DNA of 64,000 nt from an uncultured Bacteroidota bacterium (lineage in GTDB: Bacteria > Bacteroidota > Ignavibacteria > UBA10030), in contig CAVYRP010000002.1 of assembly GCA_963770945.1 (NCBI GenBank), positions 381,778-445,777 on the forward strand, given 5' to 3'. Below, piece by piece: positions 1 to 10,637 of this stretch. The translations under genes were made by a program, and so were the position numbers. Under the pieces are notes generated by a model. The model was not told the DNA's origin. It saw only the letters and a list, made by a program, of their open reading frames with translations, and made no database searches. Each line of letters opens with the position of its first letter. The stretch's first letter is position 1.

Positions 1-1700
1 CATTAACAGTACAAGCAAACAATCAGCAAGGAAACCCATTGCCAGGAGCACAAGTAATTCTACAAACACCATCAGGAACACTGAAAGGAACAACAAACAG
101 CACAGGAATAGCAACATTCGAGGATGTAAACGGAGCATCAACAATCACAATGGCAGGAGCATCATACATAGGAGCATCACAATCAATAGCAATAGACGCA
201 AGCAAAACATTCAACGGAGTAATAATAGACGGAGCAGGAATAACGGCACAGTTACTAAAAACAACAAACGGAGTAAACAGCATAAGAAAAAATCCTAGAC
301 TATTCGACATCACGTCACCAGATCCAGTAATTCCTTAGACGCATCAGACTTCGGAACAGCAGATTCAACAACAATAATGGGATACATTGCACAACTGAAT
401 GCCTCTTGGAACATTTACGTACCAGGAAAAGTAAATATGGGAATAGACAGAGGAATAACACTAAAAAGAACAAGCGGCCCAGTCTATAGAACTACCGTCA
501 CACCGCAAGGACAAGACATACTAAACAGCACTTGTCAGTTAAAACCAGATTTATTAGATTATTTTATAGATCATGAATTGTTTGCACACGCAATATGTCA
601 GTTTGGCGATCCAACTCCGCCGGAAACTGTCGGTTATAGTCCGAGCATTTTCAACAGCGACCATATATCGCCGAATGCAACAGATATTGCTTATAGAAAG
701 TTGGGATACACGCTGAAATTTTAAGACAGACTGATAAACAATATTTCGACATGACAGACTTCAGCGATGCCATAACAACAGTTACGAATAATGCTCCATC
801 ACAATCATCAATAACAAATCCGATAAACGGTGACAATACAGTAGATGCACGAGCAGCAATGACACCAACATGGACTCCATCAACAGATGCTGATGGAGAT
901 TGGGTAAGGTACAAAATGCACTTGACAGGCAGCGACGCAAAACTAGATACGATAATGAAAAACATCAACGCAACAATGCTAACATTACCTGCAGGAACAT
1001 TAAAAGACAACGTAACATACGCATGGACAATAGCGGCAACAGACAACGACAAAGAAACTATATCAAGCACATCAACATTCAAGACAATATCACACACAAC
1101 ACAATCGCCACCAATAGTAGCAAAAGCCCTACCTGACACATCGTTTACAAAGAACTCAACGAACAACACAGTATCATCAAACTTAAAGAACAACTTCTAC
1201 TCAGAAGGAAGAATGACATTCACATACACACCAAACCCGAACCTAGAACAAAAACATAAGCAACGACTCACTAATAATCACACCAAAACAAGCATATGAA
1301 GGAAAAACAAGCATAATAGTATCGGCAACAGACACAATAGGACAATCAATAGCAGACACAGCAGACATAGAAATAAAAGGAAACAACGCAGTAGAAATAC
1401 CAACAAACAATGTACCTAAAGAATTCACACTAGGACAAAACTATCCTAATCCATTCAATCCATCTACAAATATTACATTCTCGATTCCAGCAAACCTTGT
1501 CAAGGTTGGAGCCTTGACAAGGTTAATATACGTGTGTATGATGTGCATGGAAGAGAAATTGCTGTCTAGTGAACGAAGAAAAACAGGCAGGAGAATATCA
1601 AGTTGAATTTAATTCTTCACATTTGCCAAGCGGAGTGTATTTTTACCGGCTCTCAGCTGGCAAGTATGTTGATACTAAGAAAATGATATTGGCAAAGTAG
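1..1700 (+). pseudogene. Large cell-surface protein with a type IX secretion C-terminal sorting domain. The 5' end is outside the window. The reading frame is broken about 5 times, at roughly 338, 724, 1250, 1493-1524 and 1567.
   Basis: Successive open frames are 39-338, 377-724, 751-1299, about 1247-1520, 1522-1568 and 1569-1700. The translation contains CarboxypepD_reg-like and Ig/Fn3-like low-complexity repeats (GAS, TTN). The 3' end encodes a canonical Por_Secre_tail: LGQNYPNPFNPSTNITFSIPA...RVYDVHGREIAV.VNEEKQAGEYQVEFNSSHLPSGVYFYRLSAGKYVDTKKMILAK*. The stop codon is TAG at 1698-1700. Confidence 0.6.
1493..1524. repeat. 32-bp perfect palindromic element, copy 1 (aaccttgtcaagg-ttggag-ccttgacaaggtt), inserted inside the T9SS CTD coding sequence.
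   Basis: Arms are 13 bp with a 6-nt loop. 32 is congruent to 2 mod 3, which matches the observed frame change. Deleting 1493-1524 in silico gives ...FSIPANIRVYDVHGREIAV..., an intact CTD. Confidence 0.75.
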
Positions 1701-1701
1701 G

Positions 1702-2476
1702 CTAATTACCCTTGTCAAGGTTTAGAACCTTGACAAGGTTATCACAATTGCTCTCTCCCTTTGCTGCTTCAAACATTACCAACGCACCTGCCACAGAAGC
1801 ATTCAGCGATTCAATCTTTCCATGCATCGGTATTTTTACCAAAAAGTCGCACTTTTCTTTGACTAATCTGCGATCCCTTTTCCTTCGTTTCCAACAACGA
1901 TTGCCAGCGCTCCGCGATAGTCATGCATAGTACAGTTTGTCACTTTCCATTTCCGTGCCTACAATCCAGACTCCGGCTTTTTTCAGTTCGTCAAGCGTCT
2001 GTGCAATATTTGTGACACGCGCAATCGGAAGATGTGCTGTAGCGCCTGCTGATGTCTTGACAACGGTGGAATTTACTGACGCGGCATTGTGCAGCGGAAT
2101 AATGACTCCATGCACGCCGGCACATTCAGCAGAACGAATCAGCGCTCCAAGATTGTGCGGATCTTCAATTTCATCGAGAATAAGTATAAACGGCGGTTCA
2201 CTTTTTTCTCTGTGCAATGGCAAGAATTTCTTCCATCTCGACATATTGGTAGGAATCGATTATTGCAATGATACCCTGCGCCTGAGTGTCACCGGCTAGT
2301 TCCGCAAAACGTTCTTTATCGGTATCTTTTACGGGAATAGCGAGCTTTCGTGCAAGCTGTTTTATTTGATCGATATGGCTGCCGGATGTGCCGTGCAGAA
2401 TTAGAATTCGTTCTATCGGCTGGCGTGATTTAAGAGCTTCCAGAACCGGCTGTCTGCCGACGATTAGATTGTCCAT
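1702..2476 (-). CDS. rlmB: 23S rRNA (guanosine-2'-O)-methyltransferase RlmB (SpoU/TrmH family), frame-disrupted.
   Basis: The N-terminal part reads GRQPVLEAL...ILILHG. The SpoU motif is [29 protein letters not shown]. The C-terminal part reads ...[46 protein letters not shown]. These parts lie in three or four different frames, so there are 2-3 indels. Confidence 0.75.
1708..1740. repeat. 33-bp palindromic element, copy 2 (acccttgtcaagg-tttagaa-ccttgacaaggtt), inside the 3' end of rlmB.
   Basis: It has the same arm sequence as copy 1 and a 7-nt loop. It lies in frame within the RlmB C-terminus, adding the residues [11 protein letters not shown]. Removing it would leave RlmB ending ...[12 protein letters not shown]. 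Confidence 0.7.
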
Positions 2477-2477
2477 T

Positions 2478-3302
2478 TTATTTCGCTTCTGATGTCAGGG
2501 CCGGTTTAGTAAATTTTCGCCAGCCAATAAATCCAAGCGCGATGATTACTAGTGAAATAAGCTGTGCTTCGCTTAAACCAAAAATAAATCTTGGATTCGG
2601 ACGAAGGAACTCTATAATAAATCGTTCTATACCTGCCAGCATCAAGTAAATCATAAAAAGTTTGCCTGTCTGCGGTTGTTTTCTTTCTGATGCTCCAAAG
2701 GAACCAGCATATCAATGCGCAGATGATGAATTCATAGACCGGTGTCGGGTGACAGAGAATATTATCAGGAACTATTCCTCCCGGAAACTGGCCGGTAATC
2801 TCAGGAAAATCTCTGAATGCGACCGAGGGAGGATAAGTTCCGTTCGAATAATTTGTTCCCCATGGAAGTGTTGTCGGGAAACCGTAGTCGCCGTCACCTG
2901 CAAGGTGGCATCCGATGCGACCAATTCCATAACCGAGAATAAGGCCGGGCGAAATGGCATCGGCGATAGTTAAAAATTTTATTCCTTTCTTCTTTCCATA
3001 CAAATAAACGGAGAACATGCAAGGATAAATCCGCCGTAATATGTTAATCCGCCGGGATTGAATATCATACCTAAAGGATCGATAATAAAAGACGACCAGT
3101 TTTCAATTACATAAAATATCTTTGCACCTGCAATTCCGGCAACCAGGGCAATGATTGTAACATTGTTGGCGATGTTCGGATCAAGTTTGCGGCGTTTAAA
3201 CTCGCTGACGAACAGATAACTCCCGATGATAAATCCGAGAGCAAGCATTAATCCGTAACCGTAAACAGTAAAAGGACCGATTTGGAAAAGTCGTGGACAC
3301 AT
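2478..3302 (-). CDS. lgt: Prolipoprotein diacylglyceryl transferase Lgt, frame-disrupted (about 2 indels).
   Basis: N-terminus reads MCPRLFQIGPFTVYGYGLMLALGF. The signature is GRIGCHLAGDGDYG. The true C-terminus ...QTGKLFMIYLMLAGIERFIIEFLRPNPRF...* lies in another frame. The gene ends 1 nt before the rlmB ATG. Confidence 0.75.
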
Positions 3303-3356
3303 AATAGACTCAAAAATAAATTAAAATTAAAATCAGCAAATTACACAGTCGTTAAA

Positions 3357-3758
3357 TTAAGCAAGATTCACAGGATCGCTTGAAATAATAATGAATGAAG
3401 TCTTCGGTTTTTCCAAGATATCGACGGACTTCTGTGAAATATGTACCGAGAATTCATTTATAGTTTTATCCTGTTTTATTATTACAAGACGATATGTTCC
3501 GTCGAGATGTTCATAATCATGTCGTCCTTGTGCCGGGCCTGTCTGCGGCATCAACAATTCGGGAACGTAAAGCCCTTTGATGTGGAGGCGTATCTCATTA
3601 TTTATGACTTCATTCTCTAATAGAATTTCGTAACGGAAGTTGACGAATATTCTCGTCGTCTGAACGAGAAATACTATCACATTTCGCTTGGTTTTTTCAT
3701 CATAGTGATGAAAAATGTTCAGCGTATAATCCGGATCCCTCTTTTTCTTGCTTGCCAT
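3357..3758 (-). CDS. Hypothetical protein of 133 aa, co-directional with and immediately downstream of hisS.
   Basis: Intact ORF of 133 aa with no recognisable motif. Confidence 0.4.
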   Translation of the reverse strand: MASKKKRDPDYTLNIFHHYDEKTKRNVIVFLVQTTRIFVNFRYEILLENEVINNEIRLHIKGLYVPELLMPQTGPAQGRHDYEHLDGTYRLVIIKQDKTINEFSVHISQKSVDILEKPKTSFIIISSDPVNLA

Positions 3759-3760
3759 TT

Positions 3761-5008
3761 TCAGGAAGGGATTTTGATCTCGTCTAATGAGATTGCAGTT
3801 TCCTCGCCGGTATGCATGTTTTTCAATTTTGCAGCTTTGGTTTTCAGTTCCTGTTCGCCGACGACAATAACATAATCTGCCGATTGCCGGTTTGCTTCTC
3901 TCATTTGGGACTTTACACTTCGTCCAAGATAATCAATCTCAGCACAGATTCCTTTTCGGCGCAATTCGCTTGCTTTCAGAAATGCCCAAGTGCGGGCGGG
4001 TTCATCCAATCCGACGAAATAGAGAACCGGAGCAGTTTGGTTTTGTTCGTTTTTTCCAAGTTTGGATAGCACCATCAAAAGTCGTTCAATTCCTGCAGCG
4101 AAACCGACACCAGGTGTAGATTTACCGCCAAGTTCTTCAACAAGCAAATCGTACCTGCCTCCTCCTGCGAGAGCATCCTGTGATCCAAGCGCAGTGCTTG
4201 TTATTTCAAAGGCGGTCTTTGTATAATAATCCAGCCCACGGACGAGCCTTCCATCCACTTCATATTTAATAGCAAGTGCATTAAGCAGCGCTTGAACTGA
4301 AGCAAATTGCGACGCGCATTCATCGCATAGGTGTTTATGCATCAGAGGCATATTACCCGTTAGTTCGCGGTCTTTTTCATCTTTGGAGTCGAGTACGCGA
4401 AGCGGATTTTGCTCTATTCGCGCCTGACTATCCGCTGAAAGCTGAGATGACACATTACGGAGTTCCGTTTGTAAAAGCTTTTTGTATGCAGGACGGCATT
4501 TCTCGCAGCCTACCGAATTTATTTTGAGAGAAAAGAGATCTATACCGAGTTGTTTGTAGATTTCCAGCGGTAATATCATCATTTCGACATCCAGCAATGG
4601 AGAAGATGCGCCGAGAACTTCTGCCCCGAATTGATGAAATTGCCGCAGACGTCCGGCTTGCGGGCGCTCCTGCCGGAACATCGGTCCGATATAATACAAT
4701 TTAGTCAGCGGAGATTGTTCCCCGAGATTGTTCTGAATATAAGCACGCAATGCCGCCGCAGTCCCTTCCGGCCGTAAAGTGAGGCTTTCTTCGCTTCGGT
4801 CGAGAAAGGTGTACATCTCTTTACTCACAATATCCGTTAGTTCACCGATACTACGGGCGAATAAGCCGGTTTGTTCGAATGCGGGAGTCCGGATTTCCCT
4901 GTAGTTGAAGTTGTGCATCACGCGGCGGACAGTCGATTCCACGTGCTGCCAGCCGGCGATTTCATCCGGCAGGATATCTTTTGTCCCTTTTATTGTACGA
5001 AATTTCAA
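3761..5008 (-). CDS. hisS: Histidine--tRNA ligase.
   Basis: 415 aa. It has class II aaRS motifs, a HisRS-like layout (..RPEGTA..YYIGPMFRQERPQ..GRLRQFHQFG..) and a C-terminal anticodon-binding domain. Confidence 0.9.
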   Translation of the reverse strand: MKFRTIKGTKDILPDEIAGWQHVESTVRRVMHNFNYREIRTPAFEQTGLFARSIGELTDIVSKEMYTFLDRSEESLTLRPEGTAAALRAYIQNNLGEQSPLTKLYYIGPMFRQERPQAGRLRQFHQFGAEVLGASSPLLDVEMMILPLEIYKQLGIDLFSLKINSVGCEKCRPAYKKLLQTELRNVSSQLSADSQARIEQNPLRVLDSKDEKDRELTGNMPLMHKHLCDECASQFASVQALLNALAIKYEVDGRLVRGLDYYTKTAFEITSTALGSQDALAGGGRYDLLVEELGGKSTPGVGFAAGIERLLMVLSKLGKNEQNQTAPVLYFVGLDEPARTWAFLKASELRRKGICAEIDYLGRSVKSQMREANRQSADYVIVVGEQELKTKAAKLKNMHTGEETAISLDEIKIPS

Positions 5009-5086
5009 AATATGCAGCCCTTCCTGCAGTGTTAAATGTTTTTCATTAGCAGGTTATTGATATGAAATGAATGCACGCCGGCGAAG

Positions 5087-5557
5087 CTATCCCTCAGTAT
5101 TTGCGTCTTCTTCCTGTCGAAAGATTTCCAGGATATCTTTGGGTGTTTCAGCTTCGAGGAGTTGTTTGCGAAAATCTTCTTTGTTCATTAGACGAGAAAT
5201 GCGGCTCAGGAGCTTTATATGCGGGCCCACCATATTGTCGCGCCCCACAAGAAGGAACATCAGTCGCACGGGTTGGTCGTCTAAGGATTGATAATCGATA
5301 GGCTGTGCAGTAACGGCAAAAGCCGCAACGATATCGCTCACTGCGTCTGTTTTCCCATGCGGAATTGCAAATCCCGACCCGACACCGGTGGACATAATTT
5401 TTTCCCGGTCAAAAATCGCCGTTCGCATGCGTTCTTTGTCGGTAACTTGTTTCTGAGAACCGGCAAGTTCGATCATTCCATTAATAACATCTTCCTTTGT
5501 TGCGCCGGGAAGATTCGTTCGTACAACCGATTCGTTTAGTATGTCGGTAATTTTCAT
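5087..5557 (-). CDS. ptsN: PTS EIIA type-2 domain protein (PtsN / EIIA-Ntr-like).
   Basis: 156 aa. Contains ...STGVGSGFAIPHGK...VRLMFLLVG. Confidence 0.7.
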   Translation of the reverse strand: MKITDILNESVVRTNLPGATKEDVINGMIELAGSQKQVTDKERMRTAIFDREKIMSTGVGSGFAIPHGKTDAVSDIVAAFAVTAQPIDYQSLDDQPVRLMFLLVGRDNMVGPHIKLLSRISRLMNKEDFRKQLLEAETPKDILEIFRQEEDANTEG

Positions 5558-5662
5558 TCAATTCTCCAAATTGCCACAGCTGCATAAAGAATGCAAAGGT
5601 TCACTTCAAACCGGATGTGAACTATTAAAGATTGCAGAATTTCTGTCAAAATACAAATTAAA

Positions 5663-8200
5663 TTACAAATCCTCCCGTTGGCCGCCTACAATCCATTGTT
5701 GAATAAGGGCTTCATACTCGTTTACAAGACGTTCGGCTACGGCTCTATCGCTCGATTCTGCGTTAATATGAAACATTGGCCGCGCACTATCCGGATTCAG
5801 TAAAATTGACGTATGCTCCCCGAGATTGGGAGGATAAAGTTTAATTCCTTCAATTAGATCCCGGGGAATTTGTTCCGATTGTTCTGTAAGTTTGCGTAAA
5901 ATGCGCCCTTTTGTATGCCAAGGGCATGAGATATTTTTCTTGACGAAATGCAGCCGCGGCGTTTCTTTATCGAGCTGACCGATTCGTTTTTTTGTTTTTG
6001 CAATGCATTCAAGCAATTTTGAAATAGAATACATCCCATCGGAAGCAAAAAGGAATTCGTTGAAGATAAATCCGCCTTTTGTTCCGCCGACGAATTTGAT
6101 CTGTTTGTCTGATGCAGCGTTCATCAGAGCAAGATGACTGTCGCGTGTCTTAACGACTTCCAAATGGAACTCTTCTGCAATGAGATCGATTTCCCCGCTC
6201 GCTGAGATCGGTACTGCAATCTTTGTAATATCTTTTTGAGAGAGAACTAGGAATTTTAACATCAGCGTCAGCAAACGGTCGTTGTCGATTAGATTACCGT
6301 GCTCATCGATAATAAATATCTTCTCTGCTCCGGCATCAAACATACATCCAATATCATATTTCAATGAAGTTACAACATATGCCAGTTGACGCAATGATTC
6401 TTCAAATTCTTCTTTTGTTCTTGTAATTTTTCGACTGTCGAGATATGCATTGAGGGCAACCACTTGAACGTTCATATTACCGAGTATGTTCGGGAAAATA
6501 GTGGAAGCGATTCCGTTCGAATAATCAATAACTAGTTTCAGGCCTGCCGCTTGAATAGCTTCAATATTGAGTGTTTCCAGTCCCCGCTGTATATAACTCT
6601 CTGTCGTACGTTCAGGGAATGAAATTGAACCGACCTGGTTGTGATGAGCCCGGTTAAAGTCTTCGCCGAAAAACAACCGTTCCATGGATTTTGTTTTATT
6701 TGACGGCAGGTCCTTCCCCTGCTGGTCGAAGAAAATGATGTCGGAACTGTTTCTATCAAATGGAGATTTACGGACATGAATCCCTCCGCGTTCTTTTCCG
6801 GTCTGCAATTCGTACCGGACGATCGGAATTGAAGTAGTGCGTAGATCGATACAGTGAACTCCGGCAGACATGAGTCCGGACATAATCGCACGGTTTATCA
6901 TCCTGGATACATTGTCCGAATCACGGCTTGTGACAACAGTAGAGCCCGCTCCGACAAGCGCTCCAAATGCGGCTCCCAATTTAGCTCCGAATTCCGGACT
7001 GATTTCTATATTGGAAAGACCGGTGACGCGGGCGTCTGTAAAGAGTTCCCGCAGCCATTTATCTTCCCGCACTAGACTGCGTGTTACGATAGAACCTTCT
7101 TCGATGTTTTTATTCGGCCAAATTTTAATATTTGAGAGCAGCTTGCTGCGCTTTCCTATAGTACATGAATCGCCGATGAAAACATTTTCAAGAATTGTAA
7201 CATCTTCATTGATGGTACATTTGGATCCAATCACATCCATAGATAATTCGGAACGTGAGTCGATTTTCGATTCATTCCAAATGATTGAATTTCTAACTAC
7301 GGTGCCGGGAAAAATTTCACAATTGTCGCCGATAACGGAATTACTGATAACTACTCCATTATGTATGCGGCAGTTCTTTCCAATGATAATTGTCCCGGTA
7401 AGATGACGCGGATCGGCTTCGACTATCGTACTTTCGCCGACAATTAGATTTTCCTTCTTAGTTCCCTCAACATGCAGTTTTACATCGCCGCGGAGAGCGT
7501 CCATATGTGCATCCTGGTACTCGTTTAGGCTGCCGATATCCTTCCAGTACCCTTTTGCGATATAACCAAAGAGGCCAAGATCTCGTTTTAGGAGAATGGG
7601 AAATAGATTCTTACTAAAGTCGAATTCCTGTTTTTCAGGAATGAGATCCAGTATCTCAGGCTCTATTATATAAATTCCCGTATTGATTGTGTCGCTGAAT
7701 ACTTCTCCCCACGATGGTTTTTCCAGGAAACGGGCAATTTTTCCGTCTTCTTTTGTTAAAACAACTCCATATTGGAGTGGATTTGTTACTCGGGTAAGCA
7801 GCAATGTAGCTTTTGCTTTTCTTTCTTCGTGGAAGCGAATAGCGGCTGTCAAATCAAAATCGGTAAGAACATCTCCGCTAATTATCAGAAAACGCTCATC
7901 TAAAAAATCTTTTGCATTACGAACACTTCCCGCTGTTCCATAATCTGCTTCTGCTTTGCGATACTGCATGTTGATGCCGAAGGCGCTGCCGTCTCCGAAA
8001 TAACCTGTGATGGCATCCGGCTGATAGAAGAGCGTGGAGACGATATCTTTCATATTGTGCGATTTAAGCAGTTCAACAATGTGTTCCATAATAGGCTTGT
8101 TGACCATAGGAACCATCGGTTTTGGAATATCGCTGGTAAGGGGCCGTAAACGTGTGCCAAACCCGCCAGCCATGATGACAGCTTTCATGAGCACTTCCAA
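5663..8200 (-). CDS. Bifunctional mannose-1-phosphate guanylyltransferase / phosphomannomutase (NTP-transferase + left-handed beta-helix + PGM/PMM domains).
   Basis: 845 aa. N-terminus reads MKAVIMAGGFGTRLRPLT. It is followed by hexapeptide repeats and then a phosphohexomutase region. Confidence 0.8.
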   Translation of the reverse strand: MEVLMKAVIMAGGFGTRLRPLTSDIPKPMVPMVNKPIMEHIVELLKSHNMKDIVSTLFYQPDAITGYFGDGSAFGINMQYRKAEADYGTAGSVRNAKDFLDERFLIISGDVLTDFDLTAAIRFHEERKAKATLLLTRVTNPLQYGVVLTKEDGKIARFLEKPSWGEVFSDTINTGIYIIEPEILDLIPEKQEFDFSKNLFPILLKRDLGLFGYIAKGYWKDIGSLNEYQDAHMDALRGDVKLHVEGTKKENLIVGESTIVEADPRHLTGTIIIGKNCRIHNGVVISNSVIGDNCEIFPGTVVRNSIIWNESKIDSRSELSMDVIGSKCTINEDVTILENVFIGDSCTIGKRSKLLSNIKIWPNKNIEEGSIVTRSLVREDKWLRELFTDARVTGLSNIEISPEFGAKLGAAFGALVGAGSTVVTSRDSDNVSRMINRAIMSGLMSAGVHCIDLRTTSIPIVRYELQTGKERGGIHVRKSPFDRNSSDIIFFDQQGKDLPSNKTKSMERLFFGEDFNRAHHNQVGSISFPERTTESYIQRGLETLNIEAIQAAGLKLVIDYSNGIASTIFPNILGNMNVQVVALNAYLDSRKITRTKEEFEESLRQLAYVVTSLKYDIGCMFDAGAEKIFIIDEHGNLIDNDRLLTLMLKFLVLSQKDITKIAVPISASGEIDLIAEEFHLEVVKTRDSHLALMNAASDKQIKFVGGTKGGFIFNEFLFASDGMYSISKLLECIAKTKKRIGQLDKETPRLHFVKKNISCPWHTKGRILRKLTEQSEQIPRDLIEGIKLYPPNLGEHTSILLNPDSARPMFHINAESSDRAVAERLVNEYEALIQQWIVGGQREDL

Positions 8201-8411
8201 TTAAGAGAGATTAAGCATAAATGATTCAATGGCAAAAAGGTATGCAAAAAAAAATACTGCCGCAAGCAATTGGCGAATGTAATCTCAAAAACGCATCCGG
8301 ATGACTGAATAAGTTAGAAACAATTAATATCTATATGATTGGTTGACTTTTCAGCACAAAACAGGTAAATTTAATGAAATTTGAGGGCAACTATAAGATT
8401 CTCGAGACTCA

Positions 8412-8669
8412 ATGACTGACGCCCGAAGGTTCAACACATTCTTTTCCTGGATGCATTCATTAACGCTTGCAGAGGAATTGATTGTAGTGGTGGGCGTCGT
8501 TTCATTTTTAGGGGGACTTGTCTTCTCGGCTGCATTGGTGAAGATAATACTCTTATTGTTATCTGTGGCATCGATTGCTTATGTGATTGTCGAGGCAGGC
8601 AAACGCAAAGGATCTATTGCTCAATCAGCAGATGAGAATCAGTCATTCTCTCACATCAGAGGAGTCTAG
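8412..8669 (+). CDS. Small hydrophobic membrane protein, hypothetical.
   Basis: 85 aa with two predicted TM helices. Confidence 0.35.
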   Translation: MTDARRFNTFFSWMHSLTLAEELIVVVGVVSFLGGLVFSAALVKIILLLLSVASIAYVIVEAGKRKGSIAQSADENQSFSHIRGV

Positions 8670-8925
8670 ATATTCGAATGAAGAAACTTGTTTTTGATGA
8701 TTTTCAAGTCAGCGGTAAACAATACCAAGTTGATTTTGTTGACGAACCGGAACGATCACAACCAGATATATAAAGATCAAGAAAATATGGTATCGGGAAA
8801 AAAGGATTCGGAAAAAACGACTTTAACAGTGTTTGAATTAAATGAGTTTATAGAAACCCCCGGGACTGGAGAAAGGTGCAGAGGAAGGTCCGAGAACCGA
8901 ATTCAATACGTTAATTCAGAGAGTA

Positions 8926-10360
8926 TTGAGTGTCGTGAAGGATATACATTTTGCTCATACAGTTGCTCTTTTTTGGATAAATAGAGAGAGACAACAATTG
9001 GTGCTCGAAGGGCATACGACAGACAGCGATAAATTCATGACAAACAGACGATTGCCGATCGGTTCCGATGTCGTTAGTCAAATCGCAGTAAATGGAAAAC
9101 CGCAGATTGTCAATTTTGTGGACACTCTTGGTCAAGCTGATATGGTGCCGTATTACGAGTGCAATAGATCCAATAAAAACATTTGTAGGTGTTCCGATAT
9201 TCTTTAGCGGGATCCAATCGCAGGATCCGGTGGCAGTTCTTACCTTGGATTGTCTGGATGCGGATGCATATGGAAACGAAACTATAACTTCTCTGGCACA
9301 GATTGCAAAACTGATTTCGACGCTTATCCGAAGTTATACTTCAAAGTACGATCTGCTGCTGGATTCTGAAGTACTGCGTTCGATCAGCCGGGTGCGCGAA
9401 CAATTGAGCATTGACTTTGGAGCTCATTCTATTACGCGATCACTTGCCGAGGAGACGTCGCGGCTTGTTCCATGGGATTATATTGCAGTCGTTTTATTTG
9501 ACGACAGTAAAAAATCATGGATAGTTCACAATCTCCTGAACCGCATGAATGATCCGTATGTTCCGCTCATGAGTGAGCTGGATCCTCAACATAGTCTTGT
9601 TATTGAAGTCGTACAAACATGTGTTCCTAAGATCGTTGATGATTTATCAACCGCTGCGCTGCCGCGGTTTTACCAGGCTGAACGATGCGAATCGAAAGGC
9701 GCTTTGGTTATTATACCTTTAAATTCATTGAATCGCTGCTATGGCGCCCTGGTGATAGAAAGCAAGGATCCGAAAACGTATTCGGACGCTGATGTAAAGC
9801 TTGTGCAAAAGCTTGCCGAAACTTCATCGTGGGCATTGGAAATTTTAAGCCTCACGGAAGTAATGAATAATTATGTCTCGCTTGATGAAACAACGGGCGT
9901 CTCGACTCGTAAGAGTTTTATGAGCCGTTTGCACGAAGAAGTGCAGCGTGCGAGCGATTTTTCGAACGATTTATCTTTGGTAATGGTTTCCATCGACCGC
10001 ATGGACGATCATATCTCGCGTTATGGCAGAGAAGCCTTTGATTTTATTCTGCAAAATGTCGGACGAATGATAAAAGTCTCCATTCGCCCCTACGATGTTG
10101 TCGGCAGGTTCGATTTTAATTGCTTTGTCATTCTTCTTGTGAATACGACGTCCAATGAAGCATCGTTATGGGCGGAAAAGATCCGAAAAAACGTTGCCAG
10201 CAATATTCTGAATATCGAAAATAAAAGTTTTTCCGTCACAATCAGTGTTGGTGTCGCCGGTGCAGTCGATGAATCATCCGATGTTGATTTGCTGGAGAAT
10301 ACGAACCGGGTTCTTCAAAAAGCTATTGAAGCAGGCGGTAATATTATACGAGTGTATTAG
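8926..10360 (+). CDS. GAF domain protein with a degenerate GGDEF (diguanylate cyclase-like) domain. Frameshift near 9155. The N-terminal boundary is uncertain and the gene may begin around 8677.
   Basis: The GAF region reads (..LVLEGHTTDSDKF..). The C-terminal GGDEF fold has the motif replaced: VGRFDFNCFVILL instead of RYGGEEF. Confidence 0.6.
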
Positions 10361-10398
10361 AATAATAACAATGTAAATAATTTCTTCTGGAGATTTAA

Positions 10399-10593
10399 AT
10401 GGCAAAACAAACTGACTTTGCGGAAAAAGCAAAAAAAGCCGGACAGGAAAAAGGCGTAAAGTGTCCGAAGTGCGGATCGGTAAGAACTCCGACGCTCTAT
10501 GTACAATCGGTACGTTCGGCGCATGGTTCCTACCGGTTCAATCGGCAGCATGTTCAAATATGTAAGTGCAATGAAAAAGAAATTTTAGGATAA
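10399..10593 (+). CDS. Small zinc-ribbon protein, hypothetical.
   Basis: 64 aa. Contains CPKCG ... CKC. Confidence 0.35.
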   Translation: MAKQTDFAEKAKKAGQEKGVKCPKCGSVRTPTLYVQSVRSAHGSYRFNRQHVQICKCNEKEILG

Positions 10594-10637
10594 CTAGGAT
10601 ATATTAGCAGTCCTCGCAATGCATATCTCGGATTGCA

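Noticed and set aside
900-1136. 78-aa Arg/Asn/Gln-rich ORF (and a similar ORF at 23-313 on the minus strand) overlapping the T9SS cargo gene.
   Set aside because: Alternate-frame artefacts of the A-rich, low-complexity sequence.
6870-7406. 178-aa ORF antisense to the mannose-1-P guanylyltransferase gene. Similar antisense ORFs occur at 19246-19875, 40801-41142, 35950-36411 and 62377-63012.
   Set aside because: They sit inside well-supported genes on the other strand, have no motifs, and are typical shadow ORFs.
10612-10637. Hairpin caatgca-N10-tgcattg overlapping the TTG start of deoB.
   Set aside because: Short 7-bp stem without conservation evidence; possibly fortuitous.
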